NCBI GenBank assembly: GCA_016934535.1
Contig: JAFGSQ010000007.1
Location: forward strand, 1-64,000
Direction of reading: 5' to 3'
From: a candidate division WOR-3 bacterium
Lineage (GTDB): Bacteria > SDB-A
DNA length: 64,000 nt
The notes below the pieces were generated by a model, which was not told the origin of the DNA, did not search any database, and worked only from the letters and a program-made list of their open reading frames with translations. A program made the translations under genes and the position numbers. Shown one piece after another: positions 38,671-47,517 of the stretch. Every line of letters begins with the position of its first letter. Position 1 is the stretch's first letter.

Positions 38671-40461
38671 ATGCACTTCGGTAGAAACGACGACCTTTTA
38701 GAACGCGATTCGAGAAAATACGGGGTCGTAGAGCTTCTCAAAATCATTTATCCTTTCATCAAGCCTTTTCTGTGGCAGTTTTTCGCAGCGACCGCGCTTC
38801 TTCTCGTCTCGACCGCTTGTTCTTTGGCAGCTCCTCTCATCCTTAGAGAGGTAATCGACAAGGCCATACCGTCAAAAGATGTAGCCCAGGTTCTCAGACT
38901 TGCCGTCATTTTCGCGGCAGTTTTCATTTTTTCGGTTTTTATATCTTACGCTCAAATAATCATGACCACAAAGATCGGCCTTTCGATAATAAGAGATTTG
39001 AAAGCGAGATTGTTCAGCCACCTGCTTACTTTGTCCATGGCTTATTACGATGCAAATCCGCCGGGAAAACTCATGGCGAGAGTCGAAAGCGACACAGAGA
39101 GAGTGAGAATGCTGTTCAGCGATGTGTCTATGGCTCTTTTGTCGAATGTAATAATATTTTCAGGCACTCTCGCCATTATGATGTTATCAAATTCCAAAAT
39201 GACTTTGCTTGTCATGGCTCTTCTTCTTCCTGTCGCTTTTACGACGTATTTTTTTCTGAACCTCACCAGAAGACTCACGACAAAAGTAAGGGCAAGTTTT
39301 GCGAAGATGACGGCTTTCATAACAGAATATGTCAGGGCGGTTCAGGTGCTTCAGATATTCAAAGCGACGAAAATGGCGCAGGAAAAAATGCACGACGTCG
39401 GAAAAGATTATTTAAAAAAGGAAGTCAAGGCTTACGTTGTCGAATATGCCTATTGGAGCTTTATTGGCGCGTGCGAAATTATAGTAGTTATAATAATACT
39501 GCTCGGAGGAAGAAGCAGCCTCGCAACCGGTGCGGTAACAATCGGAACTGTCGTGCTATTTGTCGAATACACGAGGAGGCTGTTTATGCCGCTCGTTCAG
39601 TTTTCGGAAACCCTCAATCAAGTACAAAGGGCGTTCGCTTCGGCAGACAGGATATTTTCGATACTCGACACAAGGACAAAGACGCCGGACGGCGATCTTG
39701 GCGAAGATGATTTTCCTGAAAACTGGAAAGAAATCACTTTTGAAAGAGTTTGGTTCAAATACAAAGACAGCTGGGTTCTGAAAAATGTCAGTTTTTCAAT
39801 CCCGAAAGGTGCCATGTATGCAATTGTCGGAGCGAGCGGCAGCGGAAAAACGACGCTGATAAGCTTGATTCTCAGATTTTACGAACCCACACACGGTTCA
39901 ATAAAAATCGGCGGAACAGACATAAGAAACTTTAAGCTTGACGTCTGGCGTTCTAAAATAGGGCTTGTTCTTCAAAGCGTAAGCCTTTTCTCGGGTTCTT
40001 TGTCGGAGAACATATCGGTTTTCAACTCTGAAATATCGCAATACTCTCAGAAAAAGGCTCTCGAAACGATGCACGCGTGGGATATTGTCGAGAAGCTGCC
40101 AAGAGGACTGGACGAAGAGATCAGCGAAGGAGGATTAAATGTTTCGATGGGTGAAAGACAGCTTATTTGCCTGGCCAGAGCTGTTTTGTATGCTCCCCGG
40201 ATATTGATTCTTGACGAGGCGACTTCTTCCGTCGACCCAGGCACCGAAAAAAAAATACAGGCCGCGACGAACATGCTCACGACGGAAAGAACTTCAATAG
40301 TGGTCGCTCACAGGCTGAGCACTATTACGCACGCTGAAAAAATAATAGTGCTTCAGAACGGCGAGATGGTTGAAGAAGGCGATCATGAAACACTTCTGAA
40401 ATCCGAGGGCATATACGCGAGCCTTTACAGGCTTCAGGCGGGTGAAATCATTTATGATTAG
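38671..40461 (+). CDS. ABC exporter TMD-NBD, consensus subunit
   Basis: GASGSGKTT, VSMGERQ, ILDEATS, AHRLS. Confidence 0.95.
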   Translation: MHFGRNDDLLERDSRKYGVVELLKIIYPFIKPFLWQFFAATALLLVSTACSLAAPLILREVIDKAIPSKDVAQVLRLAVIFAAVFIFSVFISYAQIIMTTKIGLSIIRDLKARLFSHLLTLSMAYYDANPPGKLMARVESDTERVRMLFSDVSMALLSNVIIFSGTLAIMMLSNSKMTLLVMALLLPVAFTTYFFLNLTRRLTTKVRASFAKMTAFITEYVRAVQVLQIFKATKMAQEKMHDVGKDYLKKEVKAYVVEYAYWSFIGACEIIVVIIILLGGRSSLATGAVTIGTVVLFVEYTRRLFMPLVQFSETLNQVQRAFASADRIFSILDTRTKTPDGDLGEDDFPENWKEITFERVWFKYKDSWVLKNVSFSIPKGAMYAIVGASGSGKTTLISLILRFYEPTHGSIKIGGTDIRNFKLDVWRSKIGLVLQSVSLFSGSLSENISVFNSEISQYSQKKALETMHAWDIVEKLPRGLDEEISEGGLNVSMGERQLICLARAVLYAPRILILDEATSSVDPGTEKKIQAATNMLTTERTSIVVAHRLSTITHAEKIIVLQNGEMVEEGDHETLLKSEGIYASLYRLQAGEIIYD

Positions 40462-42175
40462 ATATTTCGTGTGGATATCGCGCTTCTGGAGAATGCACAA
40501 ACTCCACATAGTGTTTCTTGTTTTTTTCACCGTCATCTCCAGTGCCGTAGCCCTCTCTTTCCCCCTCGTGTTCAAATTTCTCCTCGACGAGATAGAAAAC
40601 GTCCTCGCGGGCACTTCGATGTCGGAACAGTTCAAAAAAACCCTGCTGTTTTTGGGTGCATTGGCTCTCGCGAAGTTCATCGCCGGTTTATATCCCGGAG
40701 CCAGGGCGTGGCTGAATTCCAAAATAGGCCTGAACGTCAGAGACCTCGTTTTCAAGAGCATGTTATCCAAAGACTACAGGTTTTTCAACGAATTCAAACC
40801 GGGAGACTTGGCGACACGTCTGACTGACGATATTGTGGAGCATCCGAGAATAGCCTGGTTCAGCTGTTCAGCTGTGTTCAGAGCGCTCGAATCCACGTCA
40901 AAGCTCGCCTTCTGCCTCGCCGTGATGTTTTACATGAACCGCCAGCTGACAATGATAGCTATATTTCCACTGCCGTTCATGCTTTACCTGTTTTATCTCA
41001 TCCAAAATAAACTCGGCCGGATAGTCATGGAAAACAGAAAAGCGACGAGCCGGACAAACGATCTTCTGGACAGCACTTTTGCCGGGATATCAATAATAAA
41101 AGCATACAGAGCGGAAAAAGGGCAAAAGAAGCGTCTGCGGGAGCTTCTCGACAGGAGACTGAAGATAGACCTGAAAATAGCAAAGTACTTGATGTTTGTT
41201 CATTCAGCATACAGTGTTCTCGGACAGATTGGAAAAGTCGTTGTTATGTTTGTCGGAGGGCTTTTCGTCGTCAGGGGAACTATAGGTGTAGGTGAGTTTT
41301 ACGCGTTTTACGTCTATCTGGACATGATTCTCGCACCGATGATGGACATCCCCAACCTGTTCGTCACTTCCAAACAGGCGTTCATATCTATTGACCGGGA
41401 AAACGAGATTCTTGATTTTCCTTTGTCTTTGCAAACAAGCGGATCGGTTGAAACAGGAAAAATTGAGAGCATCAAGTTTGAAGACGCAGGATTCATTTAC
41501 GAAGGTGAAAAAGGCGTCCGAGGAATTGATTTCAAGGGTTCAAAAGGAGATGTCATCGCTGTCGTCGGAGAAATCGGAAGCGGAAAGAGCACTCTCCTGA
41601 AAATGATGACAGGCTTACTGCCTGTGTCCGAAGGCAGATACTTTGTAAACGGCCTTGAAATGGAGAATTATTCAAGAGAATCATATTTATCTGAAATAGG
41701 ATATGTGCCGCAGGAATCACTTCTTTTCAGCGAGACAATAAGAGAAAACGTAAAAATCGGAAGGGCTCTCGGAGAAGATGCTGTAATAGAGGCTCTGTCA
41801 GCCGTAAACATTACTTCGAGGGAAATCAACGGCGGGGCTGCAGCAAAGCTTCAGCAGGCAGGGGTCGGAGTAAGCGGAGGTCAGAAACAGAGGGTAGCAA
41901 TAGCAAGGGCGATAGCCAATAAACCATCACTCATCCTGTTTGACGACTGCACTTCTGCTCTGGATTCAAAAAACGAAGAATCCCTTTGGAAGTATCTAAA
42001 GGAAAGATATTCAAAATCCCTGATGATTGTAGTCAGTCACAGACTCGCGACAATAAAGCAGTCCGATAAAGTTCTTTTTATACATCGCGGCAGACAACTC
42101 GCCTTCGAGAGACACGAAGATCTCATGAAAGCGAGCAGTCTGTATAGAATGATCCTAGCTTCGGAAGCTAAATAA
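40454..42175 (+). CDS. ABC exporter TMD-NBD, degenerate Walker B subunit
   Basis: GEIGSGKST, VSGGQKQR, LFDDCTS; start overlaps the partner's stop (track start 40442). Confidence 0.93.
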   Translation: MIRYFVWISRFWRMHKLHIVFLVFFTVISSAVALSFPLVFKFLLDEIENVLAGTSMSEQFKKTLLFLGALALAKFIAGLYPGARAWLNSKIGLNVRDLVFKSMLSKDYRFFNEFKPGDLATRLTDDIVEHPRIAWFSCSAVFRALESTSKLAFCLAVMFYMNRQLTMIAIFPLPFMLYLFYLIQNKLGRIVMENRKATSRTNDLLDSTFAGISIIKAYRAEKGQKKRLRELLDRRLKIDLKIAKYLMFVHSAYSVLGQIGKVVVMFVGGLFVVRGTIGVGEFYAFYVYLDMILAPMMDIPNLFVTSKQAFISIDRENEILDFPLSLQTSGSVETGKIESIKFEDAGFIYEGEKGVRGIDFKGSKGDVIAVVGEIGSGKSTLLKMMTGLLPVSEGRYFVNGLEMENYSRESYLSEIGYVPQESLLFSETIRENVKIGRALGEDAVIEALSAVNITSREINGGAAAKLQQAGVGVSGGQKQRVAIARAIANKPSLILFDDCTSALDSKNEESLWKYLKERYSKSLMIVVSHRLATIKQSDKVLFIHRGRQLAFERHEDLMKASSLYRMILASEAK

Positions 42176-42184
42176 ACCGTTCAT

Positions 42185-43648
42185 TCAATCAATGACCGTG
42201 AACCTGAAGAAAGAATCGACCCCTCCCGCACTCAGCTTAAAAACATAAATTCCGGATCCTAAATATCCCGGAGAAACATCGTATGAGTTCACTCCTTTCT
42301 CGAAGTGAATTCTTTCCGCCGGACAGGCTGTCCTTCCTGTAAGGTCGAATATTCGGATTTCAGCGTCACAGGATTGGGGAAGAGAAAAAATGACAGAAGG
42401 GCTTGAGTGGAAAACAAAAGAGGATTTGCCGGAAAATTCGGCGAAAATCGGCCTGACAATCGGTTCTTCAATTGAATTCGGGCTTTCGCCTATGTCTATG
42501 AATATAGTGTCTATTACGGTCAGGTTGTAGGGTATGCTGTCCGGTATTATGTACCAGCCGTTGTAAGTCCCACCCCAACCCATGTTTAAGTGGTAATAGT
42601 CGTTGGTGTTGTATCCGTCTATGACGAAATTGTGTCCTTGAATCGGAGGGGGAGTCAGGGCTGTTATGTGAGCGGGCATTGCGTCTTTCATATTCTGAGA
42701 AAGCCTTTCGTAAAGGCTGTCAGAAAGAGTATCGAGAGGAGTCAAATCGCCGTAGCCGAACTTGACGTAAGCGTTGTAAGCCTGAGTCGCGCCGAAAGTG
42801 CCTGAACCGCTGCTCGTGTAAACCTGTTCCATCGCGGCGCCGCAAGCCCAGACGAGGGCTCCTTTATCCTGGTTCGTAAGCGGCGTCCCTGAGAGATAAT
42901 GGTTCCCCAGTGTGTCGAGATAGACGTTGAGCTGGGACCAGGACGGAAATCCTCTGTCCGCCCAGTCGTTGTCAATCCAGAAATTCCTTCCCGCGTAAGA
43001 ATGATAATAATCGTCGGCGTCGGAAAACTGCGTGGAATTTATGTTCTCTTGATAATTGACTATCATTCCCATGGCAACAGCGGGACAGCCGGCGATGCTT
43101 CTTTGACCGGTCTGCGGGTCTATCGGGCACATGCTGTTGTAAGGAGAGTTCTGAGTCCAGTTTGACATCAGCCATCCGCCCGTGGGAGTCGTTCCGGACG
43201 GAGGCCACTGTTCGAAATAGGGATAGCTTTTTCCGTCCAGAAGATCACGCCACTGTCCTTTAAATCCTGATATTACCGAAGCGGGTATTTGATCAAAATT
43301 CGAAAGCTTAAGTTCCAGATCAGCGACTATCAATTCGAAAAGCACGTTAGAAGTTTCTTCACAGGTTCTGCAGCGGTCTTCGTAAGAATATGCAATAACG
43401 GGGAAAAGGTCGTCATCAGCCGTCACGATTATGTATCCTGTGGGATTAAGTTCGAAAACGTAAGCCAACGTTTCTGACGCGGAGGAACCTGAAAGGGCGA
43501 AAGAAGACACTATTACTCTTGAATCCTGCTGTCCGTCCTGGGCCAGTTTTGAAAAAGCGGCGCTGGAAGCGACTGAATGGTCGACGAAATCGGCGTTCAG
43601 ACAGACGCAGAAAGAGACCAAAACGATTATTAAAGAGGCTGTTTTCAT
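42185..43648 (-). CDS. C10 family (streptopain-like) cysteine peptidase with prodomain and T9SS-like CTD
   Basis: WTQNSPYN..CP, AGCPAVAMG, GHNFVIDGY, YHLNMGWGG..NGWY; CTD IRIFDLTGR...LGSGIY. Confidence 0.92.
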   Translation of the reverse strand: MKTASLIIVLVSFCVCLNADFVDHSVASSAAFSKLAQDGQQDSRVIVSSFALSGSSASETLAYVFELNPTGYIIVTADDDLFPVIAYSYEDRCRTCEETSNVLFELIVADLELKLSNFDQIPASVISGFKGQWRDLLDGKSYPYFEQWPPSGTTPTGGWLMSNWTQNSPYNSMCPIDPQTGQRSIAGCPAVAMGMIVNYQENINSTQFSDADDYYHSYAGRNFWIDNDWADRGFPSWSQLNVYLDTLGNHYLSGTPLTNQDKGALVWACGAAMEQVYTSSGSGTFGATQAYNAYVKFGYGDLTPLDTLSDSLYERLSQNMKDAMPAHITALTPPPIQGHNFVIDGYNTNDYYHLNMGWGGTYNGWYIIPDSIPYNLTVIDTIFIDIGESPNSIEEPIVRPIFAEFSGKSSFVFHSSPSVIFSLPQSCDAEIRIFDLTGRTACPAERIHFEKGVNSYDVSPGYLGSGIYVFKLSAGGVDSFFRFTVID

Positions 43649-43679
43649 GGAAACTCCGTATGTTGTGATTTTGAGTGAT

Positions 43680-44597
43680 TCACTTTACTATCCTGTCTGT
43701 TCGGGCCTGCGAAGTCTCCGGGTGAGAAGGCAGTCCGGTAATTTCATCGTTTATGTACGAAATTCTTTCCGAAGGAGCAGGATGAGAACCGTAGTGCGAG
43801 TCTGTGCCTTCGCTGAGTTTTTCTATGGCTTTGGCGAGTTCTTCCGGATTGTACCCGGCGACAGTCATCAAGTGAACAGCGTAAAGATCCGCCTGTTTTT
43901 CTTGTTCTTTCCCGTAGGCGCTGTCAAAAACTTTTATAATTTCATCTGTTATCGTAGAGAATATGCTTTCCACTGATATGTTCATTATGTCGTTGACGAA
44001 CCAGCTGGGAAGTTTATCGAGAGCCTGCTGGGCTTTAGCCCTTCCAATTTCGCCGCCGTATTTTTCGGCGAGTTTTATCATCGACACAAGTTTGTTCTTG
44101 TCGCTGATGGAATTAACTGCGTCTTTATGAACGACGTGTCCTATTTCGTGAGCGAGAATGCCGGCTATCTGATCTTCGTTGTCGCATGCGTTCACCATGC
44201 CAGTAGTTATGAATATGAAGCCGCCAGGCGTCGCAAGAGCGTTTTTCTTGGGTGAATCGACGACTATGAAGACGTATCCGGAAAAGAGGTCGGTTCTGTC
44301 CGAAAATACCGCCAGAGACTGACCGATTTCGCTGATGTATTTCTGCTGTGCGGTGTTTGATGTGAAAGAATTCGAATATTTATTCAGGATGTTGGCTGCG
44401 CAGGATCTGCCGAGATAGTATTCCTGCTCAGGAGTGTATCCTTCGGAAAAAATATTGAGGGCTTCCACTATGTCGCCGGCTATTGAAATATAGTCGTTCA
44501 ACGGCGTATCAATGGGTATGTCAATCGGCAGGCTCGGGAAAGCGTTTAATACCTGAGCCAGCAATACGGCGAATGATATAAATGTCAACAATTTCAT
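43680..44597 (-). CDS. M48 family metallopeptidase, exported
   Basis: EQEYYLGR, NALATPGGFIFITTG, LAHEIGH, EKQAD, SHP...ERI. Confidence 0.92.
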   Translation of the reverse strand: MKLLTFISFAVLLAQVLNAFPSLPIDIPIDTPLNDYISIAGDIVEALNIFSEGYTPEQEYYLGRSCAANILNKYSNSFTSNTAQQKYISEIGQSLAVFSDRTDLFSGYVFIVVDSPKKNALATPGGFIFITTGMVNACDNEDQIAGILAHEIGHVVHKDAVNSISDKNKLVSMIKLAEKYGGEIGRAKAQQALDKLPSWFVNDIMNISVESIFSTITDEIIKVFDSAYGKEQEKQADLYAVHLMTVAGYNPEELAKAIEKLSEGTDSHYGSHPAPSERISYINDEITGLPSHPETSQARTDRIVK

Positions 44598-44613
44598 TTT
44601 TTTCCTCCCGAAA

Positions 44614-44976
44614 TTATGGAGCGTAAGCTCCGACGTTGCCTTCCTGCATCCATGAATCCCATTCCGTTCCGTAATTTCTGTCGAAAGAGTGGAAATTCCA
44701 GTTCTTTTCTATTGAGTTCAGAAGTGAAAAGCTGCTTTTCAGTTCCGAATGCTCGTTTACATAGTCGGCCTCGACCTCGGGGTTGAAATTTTTTATGGCC
44801 GCTGCAACTTCTTCATCGGTGGCTCTTTGATCTCCGCTGTAAACAGCGTTGTTGTAATTTTCGGCTCTTTTTTGGGCTTCCTCTCTTCTCTGTTGAAACG
44901 TAGTGTTGTCGCCGCTGACGAGCGGAATGCAGAGAATCAGAAAAACTGTTGCGACTGCTGTGTATTTTTTTCTCAA
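44614..44976 (-). CDS. Small exported hypothetical protein
   Basis: TTG start after a GGAGGTG SD, signal peptide; lies between the cyclase and M48 genes with short gaps. Confidence 0.75.
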   Translation of the reverse strand: MRKKYTAVATVFLILCIPLVSGDNTTFQQRREEAQKRAENYNNAVYSGDQRATDEEVAAAIKNFNPEVEADYVNEHSELKSSFSLLNSIEKNWNFHSFDRNYGTEWDSWMQEGNVGAYAP

Positions 44977-44989
44977 AACGCACCTCCTT

Positions 44990-47401
44990 TTATTTTTCAG
45001 TTAATTCGAATATTCCTGTCCATCCGTTCGCGGGTGGATTTTTTATGTATTCCTCGCTTCTGACTGCAAGGACTTTCGAGGGTCCGTCATCGGGGAAAGA
45101 GGATAAAACGTTCTCAAACAATCTCGCAGAATCGCCGAAATTTCCGCTGAAATACATATCCAGACCCTGTCGGTAAGTTTCAAGGGCGGATTGAAACTTC
45201 CGGTCCAGGGAGTTTTTTTTGCCGAGGAGTTCATAAATTCCTATGGGTTCCGTCTTTCCCTTCACTTTTATCAAATCTACTTTTCTCGTTTCGAAATCGT
45301 TTTCCACTATTTCGTTGGTTGTGTGGGATATCATGGTGTTCGTGCCGTAAAATTTATTTACACCTTCCAGTCTTGAAGCCAAATTGACGGCGTCGCCTAT
45401 TATTGTGTAATCCATTCGCTTGTCTGATCCGAAATTGCCAACAACCATGAAACCAGTGTTTAAACCTACTCGCATGTTCATTTTGGGTTTTCCTTCTTTT
45501 TCCCACTTGTTCCTGAGGCTGAGGAGTTTTGCTTGCATTTCGATAGCGCAGGAGCACGCTTTTTGGGCATGATCTTCAATATCCAGCGGGGCGCCCCAGA
45601 ACGCAATTATAGCGTCTCCTTCGAATTTGTCGACAATGCCGTCGTGATGCGATATCACGGCACACATTGACGAAAGGTATTCGTTGAGAAGTGAGGCGAC
45701 TTGTTCGGGAGGCATAGTTTCTGAAATACTTGTGAAACCTGCTATGTCTGAGAAGAAAGCTGTCATAAATTTCCTTTCTCCTCCGAGTTTAAGTTTTTCA
45801 GGGTGGCTGAGAAGCTCGTTTACGACCTTGTTTGACAGGTAGAATCCGAAAGCGTTGCGCACGAAATTCTTTTCTCTGGCTTCCCTGAAAAAACCTATGA
45901 GAGTACCCGTCACGTAGGAAAGTATCAATGCAGCGGGGACGGAAGAAAAATCTATAAAAGTTTTTCCGAAGACGTAAAAAGCCGAAACTGTCAGTGTGTA
46001 TAGAGAAATCAGAGACAGGAAAATTAATGCGCTTTTTTGAATTTTCAAATTTGATCCTGAATACGATCCTGCGAAAGACATGAAGACTATGAGCGCCAAT
46101 ATTAGATACTTGTCATATCTGGTGCGCAAAAAGCTGTCCGAAAGCAGATTGTCGAGTATGGAAGCATGAATGAAAACGCCTCCGTCTCCGGCGTTGAAAG
46201 GATTGGGTCTGATGTCGAACAAGCCGGGAGCGCTTCCGGCGATAAATATAATCTTGTCTTTGAAAGTGTTGGGCGATATGTAATTTTTTTCAAAATTCGA
46301 TATTGCCTGTTCGACAGACGAAAATTCGTTTTCTTTAATGGAAGCTATCACACCTTCGTCAATCTCTTCGAGCATTTGTTCAACCGAGTCGTACTCGAAA
46401 CCGTATATACTGTTCAAGTGTTCGTTGAAAAGTACGAATTCAATCCCCGGGTCAAGTCCCTCGTAGACTTTTTGCCTGATTTTAGAGTATTCATCGAACA
46501 GTCCCAAGTAATTATTATATTCACTGTACAGAGAATTTATTCCACCTGAATTGTAAAAAGAAGCCGATTTGAGAATTGCGGCGACTGTGTAGTTTTTGTA
46601 TGTTTCGTACATGCACCCACGGAAATTTACGATGGCTTCGCCTTCACGTGAGAGAGGGATACTTCTTTCAGTGTCTTTTTCGTACAAAGTGAGTGTGTTT
46701 CCGGAAATAACCTGCGAATCAGCACCCTCTATGAGATAATAAGCGGCTAATGATATCTGAGGGTAGTAGTTTCCATTGATGTGGTATAAAAGAGGAGAGT
46801 TCCTGTAAATCCCGTCATTGTCTGATTTTATGTTGACGCCACCCGGCATGAAAACACTTTCTGATATGATTTTGTGAGGAGGCTGAGAAAAAGTGTACGA
46901 AGGAAAATGCATGTCAGTATCTTTTAGCAAGATGTTTATGCTTTTCAGGTTAAGATTTGATGAATCCGAAAAGAAATTTTCATTTTTCGAAGCCATGAAG
47001 GCGACTATCACTTTACCGGATATTGCCGCAGAATGAGCGAGAGAAGAATCGTCTTCCGGTCCAAAAACCGAAGGTTCTGTGTATAGCACGTCCAGGATGA
47101 CCGCCTTGGCTCCTCCGGCGCTCAGGTAGTCAATCAGATCGGCGGTCATTTTTCTCGGCCAAGGCCAGTAAACACCTTCTGCGGCCATTATGTCGAGTGA
47201 ATTCTGGTCAATGAAAAAAAACACAATGTCTTCGTTCGGTTTTCCGGAAGAAAAAAGGAACAGTTTTCTCCTTGCGTCTGAAGTAAAAAACTCGAGTCTT
47301 GAGAAAAATCCTGCTTCGAAAGCGAGAAATACGGACAGAGCCCAGAATAATCCCGTGACCAGGGGAAAAAAGGTTTTTTGTATTATTTTTCTTTTAGTCA
47401 T
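44990..47401 (-). CDS. CHASE2-domain membrane adenylate/guanylate cyclase (class III)
   Basis: IDQNSL, WPWPR, DVLYTEP, D.DG..R (CHASE2); 3 TM; FSDIAGFT, DKFEGDA, YTIIGDAVNLASRLEG.NK. Confidence 0.95.
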   Translation of the reverse strand: MTKRKIIQKTFFPLVTGLFWALSVFLAFEAGFFSRLEFFTSDARRKLFLFSSGKPNEDIVFFFIDQNSLDIMAAEGVYWPWPRKMTADLIDYLSAGGAKAVILDVLYTEPSVFGPEDDSSLAHSAAISGKVIVAFMASKNENFFSDSSNLNLKSINILLKDTDMHFPSYTFSQPPHKIISESVFMPGGVNIKSDNDGIYRNSPLLYHINGNYYPQISLAAYYLIEGADSQVISGNTLTLYEKDTERSIPLSREGEAIVNFRGCMYETYKNYTVAAILKSASFYNSGGINSLYSEYNNYLGLFDEYSKIRQKVYEGLDPGIEFVLFNEHLNSIYGFEYDSVEQMLEEIDEGVIASIKENEFSSVEQAISNFEKNYISPNTFKDKIIFIAGSAPGLFDIRPNPFNAGDGGVFIHASILDNLLSDSFLRTRYDKYLILALIVFMSFAGSYSGSNLKIQKSALIFLSLISLYTLTVSAFYVFGKTFIDFSSVPAALILSYVTGTLIGFFREAREKNFVRNAFGFYLSNKVVNELLSHPEKLKLGGERKFMTAFFSDIAGFTSISETMPPEQVASLLNEYLSSMCAVISHHDGIVDKFEGDAIIAFWGAPLDIEDHAQKACSCAIEMQAKLLSLRNKWEKEGKPKMNMRVGLNTGFMVVGNFGSDKRMDYTIIGDAVNLASRLEGVNKFYGTNTMISHTTNEIVENDFETRKVDLIKVKGKTEPIGIYELLGKKNSLDRKFQSALETYRQGLDMYFSGNFGDSARLFENVLSSFPDDGPSKVLAVRSEEYIKNPPANGWTGIFELTEK

Positions 47402-47517
47402 TTTGTGAATTGTGAAATTTTATAATTATAAGCTTCTTTGCGCCCGATGTCTATCGGCCAAGGATAAGTTGATTTGATACAACAGGGATATTAAAATTCA
47501 CTTAAAGGAAGGTAAAA

